Below are positions 11,301 through 33,580 of a DNA stretch of 64,000 nucleotides, one piece after another; the stretch's first letter is position 1, and each line of letters opens with the position of its first letter. The stretch is from Tubiluchus corallicola (Eukaryota > Animalia > Priapulida). The notes under the pieces are model-generated. The model made no database searches, was not told the origin of the DNA, and worked only from the letters and a program-made list of their open reading frames with translations. Both the position numbers and the translations under genes were made by a program. The stretch lies in contig JAQGDQ010000142.1 of the NCBI GenBank assembly GCA_030141605.1, positions 434,001-498,000 of the forward strand, in the 5' to 3' direction.

Positions 11301-14300
11301 TCCACTCACCAGATGACTTATGAATATGTGACACGTCTGCAAGCGCAGGACACAGCTGCAAGATTGCTACTTATGCATTAAATTTTTAGCAAATTTTTAC
11401 CTATGGCATTTTGCTACAGCTGTTAGCATATCGGTGACTCTGGTAGGTGGTCGTGGTTTGCCATAAGAGCGTTGTTCGCAGGCGAATCCATGCTCAATCT
11501 CTTGCAAGGTTTCAGGATGGCGGATCATTACTGTGGAACGAGCCTTTTGAACTGCAAGTGAGGAAATCTGATATTAAAAATGAATGATTTTCAAATGGAG
11601 TAAGAACTGCAGGCATTGCTGTTGCTAGATGATGGTGTAACTAGAGCAGCTGGTGCCAGGTTCAGATGCTTACCTGTCGTAACAGAGCTGGTGTCACTGG
11701 ATGATGGCTTAACTAGAGTAGCTGCTGTTAGGTTTAAATACTTACTTGTCATAACAGAGCTATTGTTGCTGGATGACGGAGTAACTAGAGTGGCTGATGC
11801 CAGGTTTAGATGCCTACCTGTAGTGTTGGTGTCAGTGGATGATGGTGTAACTAGAGTGGCTGATGCCAGGTTTAGCTGCCTACCTGTAGTGTTGGTGTCA
11901 CTGGATGATGGTGTAACTAGAGTGGCTGATGCCAGGTTTAGCTGCCTACCTGTAGTGTTGGTGTCACTGGATGATGGTGTAACTAGAGTTGCTGATGCCA
12001 GGTTTAGCTGCCTACCTGTAGTGCTGGTGTCACTGGATGATGGTGTAACTAGAGTGTCTGATGCCAGGTTTAGGTGCCTACCTGTAGTGTTGGCGTCACT
12101 GGATGATGGCGTAACTAGAGTGGCTGATGCCAGTTTTAAATGCCTACCTGTAGTGTTGGTGTCACTGAATGATGGTGTAACTAGAGCGGCTGATGCCAGG
12201 TTTAGCTGCCTACCTGTAGTGTTGGTGTCACTGGATGATGGTGTAACTAGAGTGGCTGATGCCAGGTTTAAATGCCTACCTGTAGTGTTGGTGTCACTGG
12301 ATGATGGTGTAACTAGAGCGGCTGATGCCAGGTTTAGCTGCCTACCTGTAGTGCTGGTGTCACTGGATGATAGTGTAACTAGAGTGTCTGATGCCAGGTT
12401 TAGCTGCCTACCTGTAGTGCTGGTGTCACTGGATGATGGTGTAACTAGAGCGGCTGATGCCAGGTTTAGTTGCCTACCTGTAGTGTTGGTGTCACTGGAT
12501 GATGGCGTAACTAGAGTGGCTGATGCCAGGTTTAGGTGCCTACCTGTAGTGCTGGTGTCACTGGATGATGGTGTAACTAGAGTGGCTGATGCCAGGTTTA
12601 AATGCCTACGTGTAGTGCTGGTGTCACTGGATGATGGAGTAACCAGAGTGTCTGATGCCAGGTTTAGCTGCCTACCTGTAGTGCTGGTGTCACTGGATGA
12701 TGGTGTAACTAGAGTGTCTGATGCCAGGTTTAAATGCCTACCTGTAGTGTTGGTGTCACTGGATGATGGTGTAACTAGAGTGTCTGATGCCAGGTTTAAA
12801 TGCCTACCTGTAGTGCTGGTGTCACTGGATGATGGTGTAACTAGAGTGGCTGATGCCAGGTTTGATGGCTTGTTCAACCAGTTGGAAGTCTTGATGTCTT
12901 TTATTCGGATTCTAACTGCAGGGTCACGACAGAGCATCTTGTGAACTAAAGTACGACAGTCTGGAAAAACAAAATTCAGCAACATCATTGCCAAATGTAG
13001 CATAGCTACATAATTCGAAATTCGTTTTTCAAAAAAAGGTCAAGAATGTAGTGTATGATAGCCTCGTTTGAGTAGCTGTGCCATAAATAATTATATTACT
13101 GTTATTATCTATATGGGCAACATATGGAATACTGGCACTGCAATAGAGAATACAGTATATATTGTAAACTAGGCTGAGATCCGCAACTCACTGGAAGACG
13201 TTATTATTTTGATGATTGTAACGGGACTGCCTAGACCGGTATCTATTTTACTACTGTCATCTTTTTTGTATAAGATTTGTTACTGTAGCGACTATCATGC
13301 AAACTTGGTCTGCTAAAATAGTATAAACTGACTTCTCATACAAAAATTTAATGTAGATGATGTACTGCATGACAATTTTAATATAAAAAAGCTTTAAAAA
13401 GTTGTTTAGATAAAAGCAGTTCCTGGCGAAACAGGCAATTTTTGGTGTCTCTACCTGTGAGCAAACGTCATGTGAATCACTGTGCACCGATGGTCAATAC
13501 TGCGTGAACACTGCACAAAGTGCTTCAATGTATTTGTTCAATAATTAGATAAGATGCTTGCCTTTTGTAAGTTCTTTTGTGAATTTCACAGGTTCCTTCA
13601 TTGATTCGCGCAGAATATCGCTGGATTGATCTTGAAATGGTAATTTTCCACACAACATTCCATACAGACACACTCCTAAATTAGAAAGAAACTGTAGAAA
13701 TAACGGCATGGTATGATATGTAGGAAACTTACGTTAGAGCCGTGTCTGTATGCTGTGCAGGGGCGTAGCTAGGTTGTAAAGTTAGAGGAGCAAGCACATA
13801 GAAGGCGCCATGACACATACCAAGCAATTTTTAACGCACTGATTATGCATTTTAGTTTTGAATTTAAAATCAAATCAAGGGCAAAATACCGTTTTAAAGG
13901 AAGTACATAATTGCCATTTTGTATTATTTTAAAATTAAAACGCAAAAAATTGCAGTAGGCTCATCAATCTCAAAACAATGAAAATATGTTATATTATTTA
14001 TTTATTTTAATTTTAAATGTAAAATGAAAACAAAACGAAGCCTATATTATGAAAAATGTATCCCGAAGGCACTACAACAGTGTCTTTCGTCCAGGGCTTC
14101 ATTCTAGCAAAGTCAGATAACTTTATTACAATTCCTTTCAGTAGCCAACTCTCTTTCAATGGAGAGCAAACCTAACCCAGGTAATTTATCCTCGTCCACG
14201 GCAGAACGAAGGTAGGACATTATCTGTTTCAGCCGACTAAAGGATTGTTCAGCTACAGCGCTAGGTGTTGGTACAATGTGGACAGGGTAGCATAAATGGA

Positions 14301-16906
14301 ACACATGTCACTGACAATCGTGAATTTAAATACATTGTTGATGGTCAGTTTCTCAACACTTGAATTTGACGCTCATTTCAAAAACATGGGAGGGATGTTG
14401 TTCAAATAAATAAAGTAATGGCTCCAGAAAATTCTTCCAGTGCTGTGCGATTTAAAAAACCAAACAAAAAAGATCCGACTTTTATCGCACAAGTGAACTA
14501 CAGAGTTAAAAAATTTGTTATAAAGGCGCCAATTTTGAAAAAATCTGCTCAGGGGTAACTGTTGCTCCCCTATTAGCTTACGCCAATGGCGCTGTGTACA
14601 AGTGATCTTGCTAACTACAAGATAATATTACAAACGACTGCTACATTCAATCTATTCGGAGAAAGAAATACTTCTGTAGTTGGCACGGAAAGAACTTTTC
14701 ACGTTCCGGTATGAAAAACAGCAATTCGTTCAAAATCGACATTAACAACCAGCGACAGGGATTTGTATCTTCACATATCAAACTTTTTGACAGTTGGATC
14801 AGAATTTAGCGAAAGTTTATACTGGGACAAAATTTCATAATATTGCAGTAAAAAAGTAAGACAGCTTTCACAACTAATGGAAATACTAACACAACTGCTT
14901 TTGAATTTACTATTCTCAAATAGCAATTCATAAAAGATCATATTTTTTTAACCGAAAACGCTCCTCGCTTTGACATTTAGTGGCTTTGTATGATAACAAT
15001 GTTTGTAATTAATCATGTCAATTAGTTAGTATATGCATTTCCATAAGTTATTATGGGAAGATCTTGGGTAGATACGCAGGGGAAAGAGTTAAGAGTTACA
15101 TCATTATTTAACCTCAGAGAAGCGTTCCATTGGTCTTTGACGAGAATGATGTCGTAGAAGTTAAACTGTATTTTTCTCAAGAAACGTGGACTTAAATTTT
15201 ACCAAACCAACTAACTAATGGGTTTACCCATGCTCCATACATCAGCTAGTTCGCCCGAATACTCTGTTTCCTCTAACACTTCTGGACAACCGTACACGTA
15301 TGAGCCACACCGGGTATTGAGTAAGTCCGAGTCAGTCTTCTTGCACGCAAAGCCAAAGTCTAAGCAAAAATAAAACATGTTTAAATTATTACTCATCATC
15401 ATCATCAAGAGCCTATTGCACCTGTTGTAGGATAGTCAGAGCTCTAAAATGAAAGAAATCTGCTCTCAAGGCAGTAAAATACAACAGTACTTCAGCGAAA
15501 AACTAGACAATACTGCTATCCCAGTAGCGTGTCAGACCACTTCCGGCGCTACTGTTAAACTATAATAATAGTGTATTAGCATTCTGTACTGTTTCTAACT
15601 AAATTAATTAGCAGATCGATTTCGGCGATTTTTCAATAACATACAGACAATGAAACTTTTTAAAACAGTTTTTCTGGTGAACTTGCATTTACTGTTAAAG
15701 AAACGTAGTTTTTCAACTACAAATTTCCACAAGAAAATGTAAGCGAACTCACCACAAAGCTTGAGTGTATTATTGGTGTGATCTAGCAAGATATTCTCCA
15801 GTTTAATGTCTCTGTGATACACACCCTGCTCGTGTAAGTAATTAACCACCTATCAAGGGACGCACAATAACGCAATTAATTCAAAAATACATGAACCCAA
15901 ATCGTATGCACACGAATCCTGACCAGTTAGTCTCTGCCATAAAATGTTGACCTTGACCTCTGGCCTTTAGTCTGTCATGCAGTGCAGAATTTGACCTCAG
16001 ACATTTAGTCAGTCAAGTGTTCATTCAAGTCACGTTGGTAAAACGTTTTCTTGGCTTGATATTTGTAACTCCAGCTTCAGTGACGTTTCATTTTGTAGTG
16101 ACCTTGACCTCTGCTTTTTATCTTCTTATTCGTGCACACTTGGAGAAGAACAGAAGGACTGGTGAAACGCTTTAATTAAGATTTTGTAACATTAGTTCAG
16201 GTGTCTCAGGAATTTTAGACAGACGGACGAACAAACAAAACTGAAAATTGTGATTACAGAGCTCCCATAAGAGACCTTAATAGGAACACCCTCGTTAAGT
16301 CTATTGAAATTATTCATTTTTAAATACAGACGAACAGATAGACAAAGAGAGAGAGAGATAAAGAAAGAATGGGCAAGAAATGGGGAGAGAAACGAGGGAA
16401 AGAGGGAGAGGTTTTATAAATATATACTATATACATTCTTACTTCTAATAGCTGTCTAAACATCCGCAATGCATCGATCTCCTCCAGAGGTCCATGCTCC
16501 TCAATTCGTGTGAGAAGATCACCATTTGCAACATACTCCATGATAATGTAGATGGCAGCATGTGTCTCAAACGCCTCGTAAATTTCTACCTGGGAGAAAG
16601 AACAGATTTAAGTTTTCGTACTTAAATTACTTCTCGCACTCAGGTGGCTTACGAGTTGTGCGTAGCAGTTATTGATTTTTAGTTGGTCATTATTTCAAGT
16701 ACAAACCCCACGAAAGTTACCTAACGCAATAAACCCCTATACTTACGACTCTAGGATGCCGAAGATTGTTTAAAATGTTAATTTCTCTCGTTACAAATTT
16801 CTTGATGATGGCTTTCGGTAAGCGTCGCTTGAAGATTATTTTGACTGCAACCTAAGAGAAAAAACAGGCTTCATCGTGCTATATAATAATATGTAATAAT
16901 AAAAGC

Positions 16907-17001
<95 letters not shown>

Positions 17002-17212
17002 TTACAACCCTGTTTTGACTTACTTCTTTATTCATTTTAACACTGTGAGCAATTTTAATTTTTGAGTAGCTGCTCTCTCCAATGGTTTTCCCCAGCTTGT
17101 ATCCATATCGTTCTAACACGTTGCGTTTCTTCTTATCAGGATGCCAGCTTTCTTCATGGTACACCAAAGCCAGGGTACCATCATCCACTAGCTTTACACA
17201 CGAATCGATCAT
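8343..17212 (-). CDS. TSSK: Testis-specific Ser/Thr kinase-like (TSSK/CAMK group) gene, 11 exons, with repeat linker and long C-terminal tail
   Basis: Exons 17024-17212, 16747-16851, 16443-16589, 15753-15849, 15228-15359, 13562-13675 (GC donor), 12960 down to a donor between 12808 and 11674, 11401-11551, 10512-10630, 9525-9697 and 8343-8642. All phases match. Motifs: LERYGYKLGKTIGESSYSKIK, VAVKII, KKFVTREI, HRDIKLENILL, DFGFA, TRCGSYVYGCPE, ADVWSMGVCLYGMLCGKLPF, DPAVRI. Confidence 0.85.
8764..8839. repeat. Perfect 22-bp inverted repeat (hairpin) in the last kinase intron
   Basis: agttggaattagtgtgtgttga (8764-8785) / tcaacacacactaattccaact (8818-8839), with a 32-nt spacer. Confidence 0.85.
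9838..10256. mobile_element. About 155-bp inverted duplication, Penelope-like terminal repeat
   Basis: About 9838-9995 is the diverged reverse complement of about 10095-10256. Each arm contains TGAACATGAC-N9-GT(C/T)GAAACGTTGCA, resembling the PLE hammerhead-type motif. Confidence 0.55.
10990..11105. repeat. Degenerate ~35-bp minisatellite (3-4 units)
   Basis: gcaagattgctatttgtgctaagaatttgctgta-like units repeated. Confidence 0.55.
11620..12863 (-). repeat. 66-bp tandem array (16 x 66 bp + 2 x 72 bp + partial) encoding LNLASATLVTPSSSDTxTTGRx, each unit containing a 5' splice donor
   Basis: Directly visible repeat. On the minus strand each unit reads ...ACTACAG|GTAGGC... The ORF stays open through the whole array. 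Confidence 0.95.
13758..14588 (-). mobile_element. hAT transposon deletion derivative with transposase C-terminal remnant
   Basis: TIR CAGGGGCGTAGC / GCTTACGCCAATG. The 8-bp flanks atgctgtg / gcgctgtg resemble a TSD. ORF 14113-14304 (PSAVAEQSFSRLKQIMSYLRS..LGLLSIERE) resembles the hAT dimerisation domain. A related element lies at 45260-45605. Confidence 0.8.
16907..16998. repeat. (CT)n microsatellite
   Basis: About 45 CT units in kinase intron 1. Confidence 0.95.
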
Positions 17213-24686
<7,474 letters not shown>

Positions 24687-26085
24687 ACGGGACACTCCTG
24701 AGATGAACGCTGCAAAGGTTTATGTTGAACATGCTGAACATTGCCATGGAAGTAAATTCATGTGCTAATGAATGAACGATTGTGCATGTGTAAGTCAACG
24801 GATGCTGAGATGTACTTGCTGTCCTGATGCTAACAGACAGTTTAGTTTGATAATGAATGTTATCCTCTTCAGCACAACCTTTTAACCTAGCAAATGTGTT
24901 TTACTCTCATGTGAACAGGAATGTGGTTTTTGTGAACTTGTTACTGGCGTGTGTCGTCAAGTCATGGCAACAAATACAGATAGAACTATATTATTATTTA
25001 ACTTCAATATGAAAAAAATCCTTTTCAATTTTTATGGTACTTATCAATTTTTTTAATATGCCAAAATTTTATAAATCGTACTGTATGCAGTTTTTATTTA
25101 CTGTAGTATCCTTGGGGCTGTCTGGTAGTCTGTTCAACACAAGTCGTTTGCTATTTTCTAAATAGCTCTCCATTTGCCTTAACCTAATGCATTTTTAAGT
25201 TATAACGTGTATTTCGCCTGGTACTAAACCCTTTACTGAAGACTTTTATGATGTGCTAAAATGATGAGTATTAAATAATTAATTAACATTTTCTTTAATT
25301 AACATTACGAACGTGACTTGTAAATATGGTAAGACAAAGACTCATTATGTGAATTAATATGTGCAGTAGTACTCAGAATTAGTGTGCTACACCACATTGA
25401 CAGATATATAATTATGTTTTGGCTCAAGCTTGTCGGGCCTTGCCAGAAGATTTTCAAATATAATTTTTTTGCATTGCTGAATGATTCATTTAACTTAAAA
25501 TAAAATTATAACTTTGAAAACAGAGGCTCGGGAGTCTAAAAATCCAATTTTAAAGAAGTGGCCATTATTTCAGATAAAGGCAATTAGCTTAGGTGTCCCA
25601 GAATGTCATAATCCAGCCTTGGTCATAGTGTTTTAACTATAAAAAGAATGTACTAAGTGATATAAGTAAACATATGTCATGAGGTTTGTTGGTATTGTGC
25701 TGACTACATGAGCTTGTGCATATTACTGTAATCATTTTTGCCTCCTGAGTTTCAGTTATAATTGTCTTTAATGGCATTTTATGTTGTCAGTTTTTGTGTA
25801 GGATAATGAATAAAGTTAAGTGACTGTCATAAATCTTACATTCTCGTCTCTTTGATGTAATTTCGTGTTTTTGTAATTGCTAGTGCACATTTGGCTTGTA
25901 AACCTAATTGCGAATTTATCTGGATTGTGGTTATTCTGTTAACCCAAGTTCCCACTAAATGTTTGCTAATTTACCATATTTCGCAGTTCCAGTGATTGAT
26001 GATGATCGCGAAAGGTCAAAGGTTAAGTGTACCAGGCATTGCATTTGTATACACTTGACAACGCCTTGCAGCCAATGCTATGTGT

Positions 26086-26340
26086 AGTTTAACAGTTAGC
26101 TAGAACCTTACCTAGTTCATTTTTTCCTGTTCCTAAGCAAGATGTTGCTAGTAAATCACTCTATGCACAGTCTATGCATAATTAAGTAAAGCCCACGTAA
26201 AACAACTGAAGTTACTAAACTAATGCAGCAGACGGCTTTGCTTTACTTACATGTCACATAATGGTTGTAGTTCAGACGTGTTGCTGTGGTACAGTTAACC
26301 TTTGACCTATAGCAACTGCGGTGGTGGTTAATAAAACTGT
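26086..26340. mobile_element. About 255-bp dispersed repeat/MITE, copy 1
   Basis: Colinear diverged match to 58130-58385. Short termini (c)agttt...aaactg. Confidence 0.65.
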
Positions 26341-27085
26341 GGCTGTTAAAAATCCTTAAATATTTGGCTTGCAGTTTTGCAGATTGCAAATACCGCTTTG
26401 TGCGTTTTCGCGTATACTTTCGACTTGTAATTATGTGCTGCCATCTAGCACTAAGAAAACTGCGTAACGTACGGTTGAAAATGCAGTTCTGCACCCGGTG
26501 GCTTGTAATTAGGTGTTGCCATCTAGTGCTGAGAAAACTGCCTAACGTACAGTAATAAAAATACTGCATTGAAGGTCAAATCTGGAGCTTCCATGTTAAC
26601 TCAGTGACTTAGTCTTGTGTTCGTAATATTAATAAGAGAATTATCAATATAGAAACACTTGGTGTAGTCTCTATTGACTAAATGGCGCGTGTTAGGTGAT
26701 ACACGATGAAGTTAATCCCACAGATTAGACAAGGCGAGCCGTAACAGTCTTATTCTTATTTTAGCTGCCGTACCTGACTTTACGCTTTTAGGTCTAGTCT
26801 TCTCAACAGACTAACCTTATAAGATATCATACAGTTAAAAACACCGTATCATCGATACAGTGCCTTAGTTCAACATTTTGACCAGAGTTTCAAAGTCCTA
26901 CTTTAGGTTGCAATTGCACTGAGCCAAAGAACTTTCAAAACAGTGAAAGTTATAGTCTAAGTCAGGCTTTCACGTTACTGTCAATCTTAGATAAAGCACA
27001 TATATATTAAACATTTAAGCATATATATTATTTAAAAAAATTAGGATCTTGAACTTCAGTTTTTGTTAAACTGGTTGCTGCTGAA

Positions 27086-31183
<4,098 letters not shown>

Positions 31184-31424
31184 AAAAAGTTCATGACTAA
31201 AAAGAAAAATGGTGAAATCGCTAACTACGAATAATATAAAATCACTTGAAATATGCATCTGGATTATTTGTATTGTATATGCAAAATACATAATGTGCGT
31301 TTGTTTTATTACTATTGTCATTTTTGTTGTTGTTGTTGTTATTATTACTGTTGTTGTTATTGTTGTTTATTTATACATATATTTTTGTTTTTCAACAAAG
31401 GTCATGCACCTCAAAATTTAACCA

Positions 31425-31595
31425 AATATCTTTTTTCTTTTCTTCTAAACTTTCCTTCTCTTTTTTCTTTTCTTTTTTTCTTTTCTTTTCTTTCCCTTTC
31501 TTTTCTTTCCCTTTTCTTCCCTTCCTTTCTCTTCTCTTCTTTTCATTTCTTACCTTTTGCTTTCCCTTCATTTTTTCTTTCCTTTACATTTCTTT
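31425..31595. repeat. Pyrimidine-rich low-complexity tract
   Basis: TTTC-rich simple sequence. Confidence 0.85.
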
Positions 31596-32048
31596 TAATG
31601 TGGAGTTTTCATTTATCAAAAAAACAAAGGTTTAGATGCAGACGCAAGAAAAAATTAACAGCTAAAAAAGAAAAAAGAGGGAGACAGGGAATAAACATAA
31701 AAACAGAAGTATAAAATGACGTTAGTGAGCCACTGTCATACTTGAAAATTATTATTTTGATTTCTGTCCAGGTTTTTGGGATAAGCAATACTGGAAGAGA
31801 ATCACCAAGTAATACGCTCCTTATGTATTAATGCACTTGTAAGTACCTAGGCTTCTCCATCTAGGCATTTCAAACTCGACATGCAACTGGTCTTTTCTTG
31901 TCCTTTAATGTGTTTACGTCTCTACAGTGGTTTTAGTAAGAAAGTAAGCCTAATTGCAGCCAGATCTGCCTGGCCAAGCGTAACTTAGCTAGGTAAACCT
32001 GTGTAATTTCTAGTGTGCACCCTGCAAATCTTTGAAATTTTTAAATGT

Positions 32049-32658
32049 TTAATGGAAGACAGGATGATTTTTCATATACTAACTCATTTTCAAGTACGGT
32101 AAAAAGTATACATTTTAACACCAATGATACTATAAAAGCGTTTCTGATAAGTAAATAATAGATTAAAATCCTAATTAACGACGGGCGAGCCAAACTAGTG
32201 ATGACATCACAAACCAACATAGGGTATTGCACAAGGGTATTGCACGTGTTTTCGAAAGTGAAAACTGAAGTTCAATGCTACTATAAGAGATTCAGTGTGT
32301 TGTAATAACACTCGGCAAGTATTAAGATAAAAATCCAAATTTGAAATTTACCGCTGTACTCACGCATGAGCTGTCGAACGTGTGCAGTTCGTCACAAACT
32401 AACACATGTGAACTGAGAAGTACAGCACCTGTTTTTGTGCAATGCGTTTCCGAAATGCAGGCGCTAGTGCCCGTCTAACTAGCGAATGGCGAAATGCATT
32501 GAACAGCTAAGACCTAGTGGCGCGAACGGAAATTGTGTTGGAGTGGTAATAATTGTTTTACGTAAGTCATTCTTTAAAAACAGTACGTTTCCTTTCAATA
32601 TTTTAAAGAGCAGGTTGCTTTGGCCTACAGTTTAACATTGCGTGCGGTTTTGCTTTAA
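32049..32658. mobile_element. TTAA-flanked MITE (Kolobok/T2-like), copy 2
   Basis: TTAA...GCTTTAA. Same orientation and body as 1604-2212. Confidence 0.75.
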
Positions 32659-33580
32659 TGATATCTTGATGTCTACTGTTTAGGGGATAAATTGTGTCAT
32701 CTAAAACATTGAGGTTGAGACTGTTAGTATTTAAAGTGTTATTGCTGAATTTGTTATTGTATCAGAGAATGAAATTATCCAACTATGCCTGACACGCAAC
32801 CAACATTAGTAAGTGGTCATCCAATGTAGATAGACACACGTGTTATGGTTGTCTAGCTGTCTGGAGCTGTGGATGCGCATTCCACTCATTTGACAAACTT
32901 TCCGAGGCTCTCAGATAAACTGTTTTGTAGTTTAAAACAATTGCCATAATCCGCCTGGTCACTTCACTTGCAAGTCGAAAATAATTCAATGAAGGTCAAC
33001 ACACCTTCATATAATGACGAAACTTGCTTTTTACTGACTAAAAACGCATAAAAAAGCCGCAAAGCCGGTTGTAAAAAAACAATGCATTTTTTTACTTCAC
33101 AGCCGAAAAGCCAACTTTTCCGTTGGTACTATTCAGAATTAAGCTACGACTATACTTCTTGTTGTTGCTTATTCCTGGTCAAGATATTTGAATATTTCCG
33201 GGAAGCATAAAACTTCAACTTTTGTAGGGTAATAATTTTGTAATTCGGCACCGCACTTTCTAACACCGGCCCTGAAAAAGGTTAACTTTTTACGTTGACT
33301 AACTGCAGTCTACTGTTCTTCGACTGCACTTATTTGTTGAGAAACGTTTTTGCTAACTATGCATGTTTGATCGCTTGGTGGAATGTGAGCCAATTCTGCC
33401 TGTCCAAGCGTAACTTAGCTAGATATGCCTAAAGCATTCCTCAATATAGTACACTGAACTTATAATACAATGCTTAAGTTGTGTCAGTAGCTCTTGTGGG
33501 TGATTTTGATTGTAGCGTCTGTTACTTTTGTGCCGTTGAGACCGTCTACTGCTGCTGTAAAAGCCCTAAAAGTGTAAACT

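Noticed and set aside
11170-11356. Extra kinase exon right after 11401
   Set aside because: Candidate acceptors give very short introns and early stops. Exon 10512-10630 fits the phases exactly.
11674-12808. Recursive splicing at the repeated CAG|GT sites
   Set aside because: No polypyrimidine tract precedes the AG, and the intron is short. Alternative donor use is the simpler reading.
11620-12863. CRISPR-like array
   Set aside because: Units are contiguous near-identical repeats with no unique spacers. The context is eukaryotic and there are no cas genes.
11616-12944. 442-aa plus-strand ORF antisense to the kinase repeat
   Set aside because: It is open only because the 66-bp unit has no stop in that frame. 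It has no ATG start and is essentially confined to the array.
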